Source of the DNA: Ruditapes philippinarum
Lineage: Eukaryota
Direction of reading: 5' to 3'
Assembly (NCBI RefSeq): GCF_026571515.1
Contig: NW_026865766.1
Coordinates: 1-64,000, forward strand
Length of the DNA: 64,000 nt
Shown here: in pieces, positions 25,201 to 37,100 of the stretch
How positions within the stretch are numbered: position 1 is the first letter of the stretch
How the letters are laid out: each line of letters begins with the position of its first letter
Position numbers and translations under genes: made by a program
Notes under the pieces: model-generated
What the model saw: the letters and a program-made list of their open reading frames with translations, nothing else
The model's database searches: none
Told to the model about the DNA's origin: nothing

Positions 25201-28200
25201 AAGACATGCGCGAAACCATGCGCAAAGAACGGATAGGAGCAATCAGTACAGAATTAAGTATCGACGCTGAAAATGAATGCCTGAAGTTTGACGTCCATTC
25301 TCTTTCAAGTAATGTTACCTTATTTTTAAGCTTCGGAAAAAAAACAACATTAAACAAACAAAAAAGATTAAAAAGATTAAATATTTTATAAATTAACATG
25401 ATGAATCAATTGAAATAAATTTAGAAATTATTATATATAATAATGAGCACCGTCATGCGATTTGGGGTCTTAATGACATAATGCGCAAACGTCATAAATG
25501 ACGTCAAAAGTCATACCGGAAGATCATTGCGAAACTACACATGTTAATCTAGAAGTTTTGTTTACGATTATTATCGACAGGTTACACGTATTTTCTTTGC
25601 GTAAAATGGCCGAAGAGCTAGAGGTAAGTTTCTTTATTCGTGTTTTTGAACAATCTACTGTATGTTTATGTTTTAAATCTGATTTCATTTGAATCAATAA
25701 TGTTTTGAAGGTCAGTCGGTATTTGAAAACGAAAGTAGAATACATTCGTGAATCTCTTTACACATCAGGTGCCTATTTAAACGCTGGAAAAAAGTTTATC
25801 ATGGTTTATAGACTAGTATGAATGTTTCGACATTAATCTTTTTCTCTAGAGCTATTTTTATTTTCATCTAGAACTAGAATCTAATAAATTTAAAAAAAAT
25901 ATTTGCCGCTTTGCGAGACTAGATCTAATCCTAGATGTAGTCTACATGAATATATTTACGCATGAATATATTGACACATAACGAATAAACCCTTAAAACT
26001 TTGGTACATGTACATTTAATATGTGATAACTAATTTGTTAAATAGCTGGAATTAGTGTGTAAACTGTCGTCTGGAACCGCGCTGTTTCAGTTTAAACGGT
26101 TACGCCGTTCGCTTTGCGTGCGGGTGGTTGAGGTTCAAAATCTGCCTCTCTCTTATTTTTTTTAGGCATTTTTTTTTAAATCACATGCTGATTAAACAAA
26201 TAGCAAAGAGTTTAACAGTAAAATGTTATAAATTTTTAGATTTTGCATTTAATTTTTCTATTCATTAGTCATTTATGTTTGATATTAGAATTTGCATAAA
26301 GAGGTATAATTAATATATTATTTGTATTTTATTTTCAGGAACTAGAGAGCCTTTTATCAGAGCATTTTGGCAGAACACCGTTGACTACACCCTTTAATAC
26401 CCAGGAATATGTTAGTAGCGACAGCGGTTCTGACCAAGACATCAGGGAAAATAGTATAGTGGAGAGCCGTGTGCGAGACTTCCTTTACCAGGATAGAGGC
26501 GCATGTACTGGTGCAAATGGTTGTTCGGAAGACATTGAAAGGGATGAAGAGCTTGAATGGTCCGATGAAGATGAAATCTGTGATGATTATGTTGAACCAG
26601 ATTCTGACCGGCAGCAGGTTGAACTTTATAAATCAAGTAAATGCTGTAGGTTAGCATGTAGCGGAAAATTCACTAAAGATCAAATATATCAGTACCTACT
26701 TAATGTGAAAGAAATGGAAAAAGAAACAAAGGAAATTTACATTATGGGTCTCATAAATGATGAAAGATCTACAGAAAAAACACAACGTGGTAAAAAACGT
26801 CAAAGAATGAGAAGAAAGTATACGTTTCATGGTACTGAAGTATGTAAAAAGACATTTCTACTTTGTCATGGCATAGTGAACACTAAGTAGCTTAAGTAAG
26901 CAAGTTTTTCAGGAAGGTATTGCTCCACGTATACATGGAAATACTGGCAGAAACCACATAATGCTATTACCTTTGACGACGTTACAAGAGTAATACATTT
27001 TATAAGTAACTTTGCTGATGAAAGAGGAATACACCAGCCTGCCGCACCTAGGGGACGAGATGATATTCCACCAATTTATTTACCGTCCGAAACAACAAAG
27101 GTCCAGATGCACAAGGATTACTGTATTTCTTGTACGCAATCCGTTCCACAAATCAAGCACGTCTCGCTTTCTATGTTTAAAACTCTCTGGTCTACGTGTA
27201 TGCCTCACATCAGAATAGCAACACCAAGAGATGACGTCTGCGCTACGTGTGAGCGAATGAGAAAGATGATATCAGACGCAGTGTCAGAGGAAGATAAGCT
27301 GGAGGCCTTAGCTAACATGCGACAACACATTCTTTTAGCTCAAAGAGTATGTACTAGTTTACTATACATTAAGAAATATTTATAATTAAAACATGTGAAT
27401 GAGTCAAAATTTATATACAAGATAAATAATTTAATTTTTATCTCCTTTTTCTTGATTTTTAATTAAGTTTATGAAATATAACGTTTATAATCTATGGAAT
27501 TTGATATCCAGTTTACAGGAAAGTTTGATAAACCTTAAGTTGTGAAATTGTTAACTTTTTACATTTAAGGAGAGGGACACGTACAACACATGTTTAAGAA
27601 GAAGTGCTGAGGAAGACGAATACTTTCATTTTACCTTTGATTTTTGTCAAAACGTGAGTTTGCCACATCACGCAAGACAAATGGGACCGTTGTACTTTCT
27701 AACATTGCGAAAAGTACAGACTTTTGGTTTCCGTATAGACGGTATCCCTAAGCAACTTAATTTTTTGATTGATGAAAACGAGACAGTAGGAGAGGATGGA
27801 TCAAAAACACATGGCCCTGATGCAGTTATTTCCATGGTTGATTGGGCACTACAGGAACATTGTGTTAGAGCAAGAAAGTTTTCAATCCATGCTGATAATT
27901 GTCCAGGTAAATTATACACATTTGATTCTGTTTACAGGCACATTTATACTTCAGAAATCAATATTTTATTTAAATTCTTTAGAAAAATATAAAACATATT
28001 TAATAATTCTAATTTATATATTAAGAGCATATGGAATGTTGAACAACTGAAAAAAATAGTGCAAAGTGTACAGTAATGTGTTGTAAAAGTAGCAAAATGT
28101 TAAAGTGTAGTATTTTGACTTCCATACAAATACTAATTCTAATAGAGCAAACTAAGTTAAAGAAAGTTAACCTTTATAGCAAATGAGTTTTTTGAAGAAA

Positions 28201-31200
28201 ATAGAACTTGATGCCGACAAAATGTTTTTAGATAGCATATATGAGGCATAATATGGGCCTTTAAGAATGTAACAGTACTGAAATAACGAACTTCTCTTAT
28301 TATCATTACAACTTTATAATGGATATTTTTGGTTGATAAAGATCTTATTTTATATACAAGCGTTAGTTTGCATTTGATTAAAACTACATAAAAATATAGT
28401 TAATTAATCTGCGGGATGATAAATTTGTTTTATTGTTACATAAATGAAAAATACCCCGATAATACTGTCATATTCATTCTCCCTTTTCAGGACAGAACAA
28501 AAATAAGTATGTACTTGCTTATTTTATGTGGAGAGTAATGACTGGTCAGAATGAAGTAATAGAATACTTAATGCAAATTCAAGGTAAGTTGATAATATTC
28601 TTTACACGCTAGTGATTCTACGTGCACCGTTTTTAAAAAGAATAAAAAAACTATCATTTAATTTTGATTTACTCAATAAAAAGAAAATAGGAACAGATTA
28701 TGATACATTATCAGGCTGAAAATCGCTTTTACGTACGCAGTTTGTTATTAAATTGCGATCCATGATGACACATGATAGCCTGCGGAAAGCGGTTTTTATA
28801 AAAAAAGACACGTGCTATGTTCTCTTGATCGAGACATCACGATAATACCGCTAAGGCATCTTTCAGAAAATAAAAAAAACAGACATTCTGCTTGATATGT
28901 TTATGTATTTCGGAATGTTAAAACATTCATTGTTAGTTTTACTCAAAATGCTTTGTGTCTAAATGACATGCAAGAAATTGTTGTTTCTACCTGGCAAAGA
29001 TTTTTAGTATGAAAACAATGTGCAGCAATTTACAACTTTACATTAGCATGCTAAATTTTTCAGCCTTGTTATATTGAAACAGGACACGCCCGGTGTTTAG
29101 TAGATTCCGGCTTCGCCCACATCAAGCGAGTATATAGACGAACAGATGTTGAGACGCTTGGACAGCTTGAAAATGTTGTAAACAAATCATCAAAAACAAA
29201 TGTTGCTGTCCGTTTTCCACAATGGGCATGGAGAAATTTGAAGTCGTTCTTAGAGGGAAAATTTAAAGCAGTGAAAGGAATAAGGTAGTTAACAGATGCA
29301 ACATACAGAAACTGCTTTAATAATAATAATAATAATAATAATAATCATCATCATCATCATCATAATCATAATAATAATATCCTTATAATACTAAAATAGT
29401 GGTAGTAATGATGTTACGAATAAATAATAGAAATAATTATGATAAGAATAATATAATTAGGATAGAAGTTCTCGTAACTGAAATAAAAAAAAATATGATT
29501 TTTAATCAGTATAACTTTCATAATAAAACTTATATTGTGAGCTTAGCAGAAATGAGATGATGAGTTTTAATTTCAGGAAATATCAGTACTTCCGGTTTAC
29601 TGCAGACGAACCAGGTATTGTTACCGTGCGAATTTCATCTGATGATCAAAATGAGGAAAAGATTTGTATTTTAAAGCATCAGTCTTCGCGTTTTGAAGCG
29701 GCTGTAAGACCAGAACCAATTCAACCAAGTGGGCTTAGTCAACGGCGGCAAACCTACCTGAACAACTCCGTACGTCCATACGTCAGACCTGCGTACAGAG
29801 ACGAGTTTTGCGGTGTACACATTTGAAGCAAATGTAAAAATAGAGAAATAAAAAATATTGATTGATAAAACTTAATTCTTTTTAGTGTATCCGTTTCATG
29901 TTTTAACAGACAGCTCCATTAAATTAACATTTCAAAAAATGTTTAAACTCACGAACTCAAAAAAAAGATATATTTGGCCATGATAATAACATCATATATA
30001 ATGTACCACTACCATACCATTTACTTATTCATTATTTCAAGTTAATAAGGCCTTATATGTTTTTCCCTCGCCAAAAAATAGTATAATCATTTGAACACAC
30101 CTAATGCAAGAAAAGCGGGAAACGATGACGTGATAAATGGGAAATATTGACGTCAATTTAGCGACGACAACAACAACGTCAAGAAGTTTCAACATGACGT
30201 TGTGAAATAAGTCATATTGAAAAAAATAATAATTTCTTTTGCATATGAATTATATCCCTAGAAAGCATATTTCATGAGCTTTAATTTGATGTGAAAATCT
30301 CAAAATCGATAAAAATGTCATTAAGACCCCAAATCGCATGACTGTGCCCAATATATATATTGCAAGAAAATAAATAAATAAAAAAAAATAAATAAACTAA
30401 ACGACAGTGTTATTTTATTTCAGAAGAGATAAAGAAATTGTCAGAACAGTTGACCACAATACAACATGAGAAAGTTCTGATGATGGTAAGTTATTTCATG
30501 CAAATTGTTGTTGGTTCTTAAAGTGTAAATGAGCCGCGTCACGACAAAACCAACATAATGGGTTTGCGACCAGCATGGATCCAGACCAGCCTGCGCATCC
30601 GCGCAGTCTGATCAGGATCCATACTGTTCGCTATCAGTTTCTCTATTTGTAATAGAGTTTGTAAGCGAACAGCATGGATCCTGATCAGACTGCGCGGATG
30701 CGCAGGCTGGTCTGGATCCATGCTGGTCGCAAACCCATTATGTTGGTTTTGTCGTGACACGGCTCAAATATACACTGTGACGTCTTCAAATACATATTGA
30801 CATTTTATTATTCGAACTGGATATTTACTGCTTTTTCAAAAGTTAAAGCCTTGTCATAAATTGTTGATGTTGCGCAACTGTTTTAGCTAATAAGTAGGTT
30901 ATTATGATCGATCGTCATAATAATTGAAGAGTATACATTATTTACTTTGTGCGTAACTCAAAAGTAACTGTTATCCTAAAATTCACATTATACCTCAGAA
31001 ACGAGTTTCATAGTGTTTAAATAATGGTTTCAGAGCATATATAAGATGCTTATCATCTAAAGAAAGTGGAGCTGAATGTGATGTTATTTGTTTTGAAAGT
31101 AGCAAAATGTAAACAAACTAGTAATTTGGCTTCCGTATAAAATACTAAACTTTTATACCTCAATCTACTTATGTCAAAAAGCAACAGAAGCAAAAGATGG

Positions 31201-33627
31201 TTCGGGTATATCGCCAGTGAGTATTTTTTTCGAAACTATAACAGGACTATAACGGGACATAAAGATAAAAGCATTTCTGAGGAATAATGGACCTTTGAGG
31301 TCAAAATGAGCTGAGGTCAAAAAAATGTAACAAAGGGTATTCGTATCAAACCCAGTACAAGTATAACTAATTGATATCTTACAATGATTTCTGCTGACTG
31401 GTTTAAAACTATCATAGATGTTGTTTTACATTTTATTCAGTCATATTATACAAGACAGCTGAATGAGAGGGCAACTGTATCCCACCAAGATAACGAACTC
31501 CGTGCAGCACGTGCAATTACAATTAACACAACAGGTAGGCCCTAATAAATGCTTCTATTCTAACTGTCCGTACATTTCAATTAATGCATCGTGTTAAAAT
31601 CTATAGGTAAATCTTAATGTAATATTTATCGTTGGATTAAAATTAAATAATGCTACTTTTTCCTATAGTTACAACAGCCTTAAAGAAGTTTTAACGGTCT
31701 ATATAAAGAATTTTAATTCTAACTAAGATTTTATTTTCATTGACTTTAACAAGCTTACAAAGGATTTCTATCGGTATCCAAATTATTATACCATATATGT
31801 ATACAAATATAACTACAAATGTTTTTTACTTGTAAAGAATCTCGTTAATAAGGGAATTTTACATTTTTACAAAGGATTGTATCGGTTTAGAAGGACTGTT
31901 TCATCATGAAAACTAACTTGCTAAAATGTATCACATGCATAACAAAAGTTAAATGAAAGAAAAGTAAAACGCCCATTTTATGGACAAATGAAATATTCGT
32001 ATGTATCCTAGATGGATGCTTGAGTCTTGGCAGCACAAAAATGGCAGAAGAAATGCACCCTGACGTCCCAGAAAACATTACTTTAAAAAATAAGGTAATT
32101 AAAATATTTATTAATGCATTTTTTAAATCAACCATATCTTTTAAAATCTTTATATAATTATATATATATTTTAATGATAATGATACGCGACCATCTTCCG
32201 TTTATATATGAATTAAATCTAATTTCTGATTTAGTTTTTAATTTTTCAAGAATTCTTATTCGAATCACCCCATCCAAAATTGTGAGTTTTTTAAAGGTGT
32301 AAATCATCTACTACCTTATCAACATAAGACTGTGCAATGGAGATTCTCTCCTATAAAATGTCTCTGCCAACAATTGGTCTTTAAAACACTGGATATCTTT
32401 TGAATTAAACAAAGTGATTACATTGTACATATGAGCCGCGTCACGACAAAACCAACATAATGGGTTGCGACCAGCATGGATCCAGACCAGCCTGCGCCTC
32501 CGCGCAGTCTGATCAGGATCCATGCTGTTCGCTATCCGTTTCTCTTCTTGTAATAGAGTTGGTAAGCGAACAGTATGGATCCTGATCAGATTGCGCGGAT
32601 GCGCAGGCTGGTCTGGATCCATGCTGGTCGCAAACGCACTATGTTGGTTTTGTCGTGACGCGGCTCATTTATTGTATAACATAAATTTACAGCTAATGGA
32701 TCTAGAAAACAAACTGTTCCGTCGTGAACAATTGATAGAAGAGTTGGTTGCTAACATCAAAGACAAAGATCCAGATTTCAACATTCAGAATGACCCAAAC
32801 CTTAAAATTTATCTTGATGCTAGCTCATCACAGATCAGTTTAGGTATGATATGAGATTTCGTCATTAAACTACTATAAGATTTTTTTGTTTTGTTTTGTT
32901 TTGGGTTTTACGTCACATCGACACAGTATAGGTCATATCGCGACGTTCCAGCTTTACTGGTGGAGGAAGACCTCAGGTGCGCTTCCGTGCATTATTTCAG
33001 GCACGAACGGGCACCTGAGTAGAACCATCGACGTTCCGTAAGCTAGCTGGATAGCTTCCTCACACGAAAGAATCCAAAGTCCCTGACGGGACTATTATAC
33101 TAAATTCTACAATAAGATAAAAACCCAGAGTATAATGTACTTGAAGATGAAATGATTTAATTCAGCCTATCTATGACAGGCTTAAGCAGAATTAATTATT
33201 AAACTTCTTGTAATCAAAAGTATTAATTATGATTGTTGAACAATGATTTGTATGTTATGTGAATAATATTGATGATGAGCATCACTACCTGATCGTCTTT
33301 TCTCTTGATACTCTGATCACTAAGTATTGATTAACTATTTACGTGATATTCTGAACAAATGCTTACATACTTGTATATTACATTTAAGATATTTCTAAAA
33401 CAGATAGTTTAAATTTAGAAAACGAAATACATTTTCACATTGCAGAGGCTGGTGGTGTACAGTGTAATAATTCCAGTAACCAGACATTGCATCGAGCCAG
33501 GAACCACCATACAAAAAACAACAGCGCCAGTCGCCGGCTAGCAGATAAAGAGTTATGTAACACCAGCAAGGAGATTAAAAGACACAAAAGTTATATTAAC
33601 AATCATCAATTGCTTATTGTCAAATAA
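22278..33627 (+). CDS. Uncharacterised coiled-coil protein, 10 coding exons, ~416 aa
   Basis: Exons 22278-22317, 22900-23043, 23678-23866, 24438-24584, 25150-25308, 30424-30485, 31441-31534, 32012-32094, 32693-32843, 33446-33627. All junctions are GT-AG and phase-compatible, giving 1251 nt open to TAA. The protein is rich in E/K/Q/L heptads. The frame is open upstream to the acceptor at 22257, so the N-terminus may be longer. Confidence 0.8.
25050..25099. mobile_element. Terminal fragment of the same MITE family
   Basis: ATCCATGCTGATCGCAAACGCATTATGTTGGTTTTGTCGCGACGCGACTC matches the right arm end. Confidence 0.75.
25606..29826 (+). pseudogene. Intron-containing Sola-type transposase, 6 exons, frame disrupted near 26880-26955
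   Basis: Exons 25606-25623, 26339-27346, 27570-27906, 28491-28583, 29083-29284, 29577-29826. Motifs VCKKTFL, PRIHGN, DVCATCE, FTFDF, HADNCPGQNKN, GHARCLVDSGF; all three putative catalytic Asp are present. There is a TAG at 26888-26890 and a 1-nt shift near 26952. Confidence 0.8.
29319..29378. repeat. Compound (AAT)n(CAT)n microsatellite in the last transposase intron
   Basis: Seen directly. Confidence 0.9.
30531..30765. mobile_element. Fold-back Sola-type MITE copy C
   Basis: ~100-bp inverted arms; perfect TSD AAAT. Confidence 0.9.
32433..32666. mobile_element. Fold-back Sola-type MITE copy D
   Basis: ~100-bp inverted arms; flanks ATAT/ATTT; absent from the duplicated segment near 51180. 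Confidence 0.9.
32881..33092 (-). mobile_element. 5'-truncated SINE with (AAAAC)n-type tail
   Basis: TTTTG-repeat tail followed by a GC-richer body (GGTGGAGGAAGACCTCAGGTG) resembling molluscan SINE central domains; apparently absent from the duplicated segment. Confidence 0.55.
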
Positions 33628-35049
33628 AACATAAAACAGAATTGGAACAGAATAAACTTTAAAGTTAATTGTTGTCATTAGTTTGTTTTATAAGTTTAAC
33701 AAGTTTATTTATCTTTTCCCAGAAGGTCATAGACCCATGTGGTACAATATGCAAAATATATAATATGGCAAACGTGCATCAATACTAAGTTGACATGATC
33801 TCATACATGCATTACAGTAGCACATTTTACATAGGAAATGAAAACATATATTAACCTATTACATGATGAAGGCCTACATGTTTATAATAATTCACATTTT
33901 CTTCGTATATATGCAACATAAGATTTAAAAGAATAAATAAGTACAACAAAAATCCAATTGTACTGACTTTACATATTAGATTAGATTTTTCACTAGTGAA
34001 GTAGATAATTTGACATATTAAAATCTTTCTCAATTGAATATTGAATTTAAATCATGTTGATAACGAAAGTGTGAATTGTACCTACATTTTAACAGACTGC
34101 ATACACCATTTTTGACAATAGTAATATTTAAAGCATTTATTTAACAAATTTGATTGTGCACGGGAGATAATTGCTATGGTCTTATCGCTCGACCTGTATA
34201 TCGAGTTATGTAACATCCGCCACACAATATATTTCCATACAATATAATTTCTTAACATAATTAACTGCAGTTGTCTAATAAAATGGAACAAATTTGTATA
34301 TATATGTGTATTGTCCAAACAATTTTGGTTACTGATAGCGAACTTTACATATTGTGCGATTTTTTGGGAGATAATCAATATGGTCATATTACGGAATTCC
34401 ATAAACGACAGCCTACTGCTTACTGCCTACTGCTAACTGGACCACAGACGCTTGGGGTCAGATCCTGCCCCCCCCCCCCAACGTGATACGCCCCTGTAAA
34501 CACTCTATCTATGGAATTCCGTATCATATCGACTGACCTACATGTATATATTGAGTTGTGGAACGTTTAATTTACAGTATAGAAATAGACACCGGCGATA
34601 TGATGGAATATAATACATTTCTTAATTTGATTAACTGTGATATCCTAATGAAATGGATTAAACTTCTATATTTATGTGCATTGTCCAAACAAATGTATAT
34701 GGCGTTACTGAAGTTCTTTATATGAAGAATAGATTAAAAACTTAAGAGGCATAATCTTGTCAAAAACGAAATACAAGATTAGCCACCTGGTAAATTGCAC
34801 TATAGTCTAAAGATGTATGTTTACTTATGTATTTCCTCATTCCCAGATCTTGCCGTCAATGACAAGATATGAGGGGGAACAATTAGATGACAGCAGTTTC
34901 GCTTGTAAAATAACATCAAGATATACATATATTTGAGCTGTAAATATTATATTATATAGGATGTATCACACATTTACATGACTGACATATAAGAAATATC
35001 ACATATTCATATGCCTAATACAAATGTATATATTTACCAACATTTCAAT

Positions 35050-37100
35050 TGGAACAATGATATAAAAAGATAAAACATACGCTGTAGTACTACAAGTCTA
35101 GCTTTAACAAAAGTATAGACAGATATAAACATCAATAACATACTAATCAGCTCTAACAATCGATTTTCAGTATTCATTAATTCTATAAATTTAAACATAT
35201 TTGGAGATCTCCAGTAACAAATTGGAAAATATTATGTACATTCTACATTGTAATACAAATTGGAATTCATCTTCTAACACATTGCAGAATGTGCATTTGC
35301 GTTCATTTACAGGTACACTGACAGGTCTTGTCCACCTTCCTGTTTCAATACATAATATATGCAAGGAGCAACGCAGTTTTGTCATACTAGTACAGAATTT
35401 TCTCACACCTATACATTTTAAATATGGCTGCAGTTGAAATTGTGCAATACATCTGTAAAATAAAGCTCTAGATGAATCATTTTGTCTACCAGTCCAATTT
35501 TGAATAAACTGATCTTTAATTCTTTGTTTAACTAAACTAAGAAATTTATTTGCGTTTCCGACATTTTGATAAAACCATGCATCATTAAGGCCAAGGTTAC
35601 ATAATAAATCTCTTACCAACGAACACCAGTTTTTCTTATTTGGAAATTGGTCTAAATCATTTTTCAACATTAGATATACCTTTGCTATATATATTTGTTT
35701 TCATTTGTACATATAATTTTCACAGACACTTGGGGTGTGGAGCTTAAAACGCCTTTAAAATCCAAATTTGTAAAATGTATATTTGTCAATCCCAGCACAT
35801 GTACTGGTCATATATATCAAAAATCTTAATATAAGCCGTTTTGAAAAAAAAATTCAAATTTCAACGTCTATAATAATACACAAGATAAAAATGTTCGCCG
35901 GAAAAAATCCGCACACCTACGGTCAACATCATCATTTCCAATAATTTTACATAATCCTTTGGTCCATCGACACAGAAGATATAAATCTTCACGATGATGG
36001 TCAATTTTAAACTTCAACGGTAATATAAACAACGCAACAGCCGAAATAAACATAAAGATTATTGCCGTTTTACTCCATTTACAACTGTCCACAAATTCAA
36101 ACGTAGCCCCAGCTTTGCCGTGTGCAAAATGCGCTGCGCTTTGAAGATGGGAACCAGTCGGCTATGGGCGGAGCCATTCGGTAATATGTTGGTTCCCATA
36201 CTTGTAAACAACATTTATCTTGTGAATAACGATTCATAACTGGGCCAATATCATAATCAACAGGTAAAACAGTCATATGAGTAAAATAATTATCATCAGT
36301 GACAAAATCAGGATAATTACTTGTGTGAGCATTCATGTCGCCAAATAACATAAAATTTAGATTTTCTTCACATGTAGACCCTAAGCTAGTAATGAAGTCC
36401 GTAAAACGATCAAACATAATTGTTTCTATCATTGATTGTCTACTACTGTTCTCCATAAGCACACATACAAGTCGTTTTGCAATGACAATAAATTACCACA
36501 AATTTTGATACATGCAATATCATCATCGCTCTGAAATACGATAGTATCATTTGAAACAAAGTGGTCTCTCAAATATAGATAATACCACCAGAATCTATTT
36601 GCTAGATTTTTTGTTCTGAGTTGTGTGTAAAACGTAATATTGAAAATCATTTGACCAAGTTTCGATAAATAGCACAATGTCATGTGAGTTAAATACAGAC
36701 TGCAGTTCAGGCGATTTTAATTTATCAGTTCGTTTCGTATTTAGCAATGCACACCTAAGCGTGACCTTCTCATATTGTTGACCATAGTAGGAGAAAACCG
36801 ATCTCTACACGGTTTACTGTTCCGCATGCTGCACACTGGCTAGCTGCTGAACAAGTCTATTTATAGCAACAGGTGAGCTACGATTGTTCTGCCGTGTAAC
36901 ACTAATACTCTGTCGTCTATTTAGTACAGCTGAATGCGCTCTTACGTTAGACGCAGCACGTGGATTTCGTGCACGCCCACGACTCTGCCGTTGTGTGTAG
37001 TCGGCCTGTATAGATTCAGATGCCTGGTTCACTTTCTCGACACTCAAGGGTTTTGGAAGTGTTTCATGTACAGACTCACTGTGACGGGATTTGACATGGG
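35050..37100 (-). mobile_element. Non-LTR retrotransposon relic (CR1/L2-group-like), RT core deleted
   Basis: ORF 35191-35670 has the ORF2 C-terminal motif LRCSxHxLxIETGRW..ERKCTFC..EDEFxF. 36097-36683 has APE endonuclease fragments (GDMNAHT). A basic ORF1-like tail lies at 36814-37047. Confidence 0.75.

Larger units (their letters stand above)
25445..30349 (+). mobile_element. Sola-type (probably Sola1) DNA transposon, ~4.9 kb, in intron 5 of the coiled-coil gene
   Basis: ~35-bp TIRs: GAGCACCGTCATGCGATTTGGGGTCTTAATGACAT on the left and the reverse complement GGGCACAGTCATGCGATTTGGGGTCTTAATGACAT on the right. It encloses a DDD transposase. The TSD is not cleanly resolved (AT-rich flanks). Confidence 0.85.

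Noticed and set aside
14756-32854. Recurrent 'MDPDQPAHPR' ORFs as a small gene family
   Set aside because: They are read-throughs of the palindromic MITE copies.
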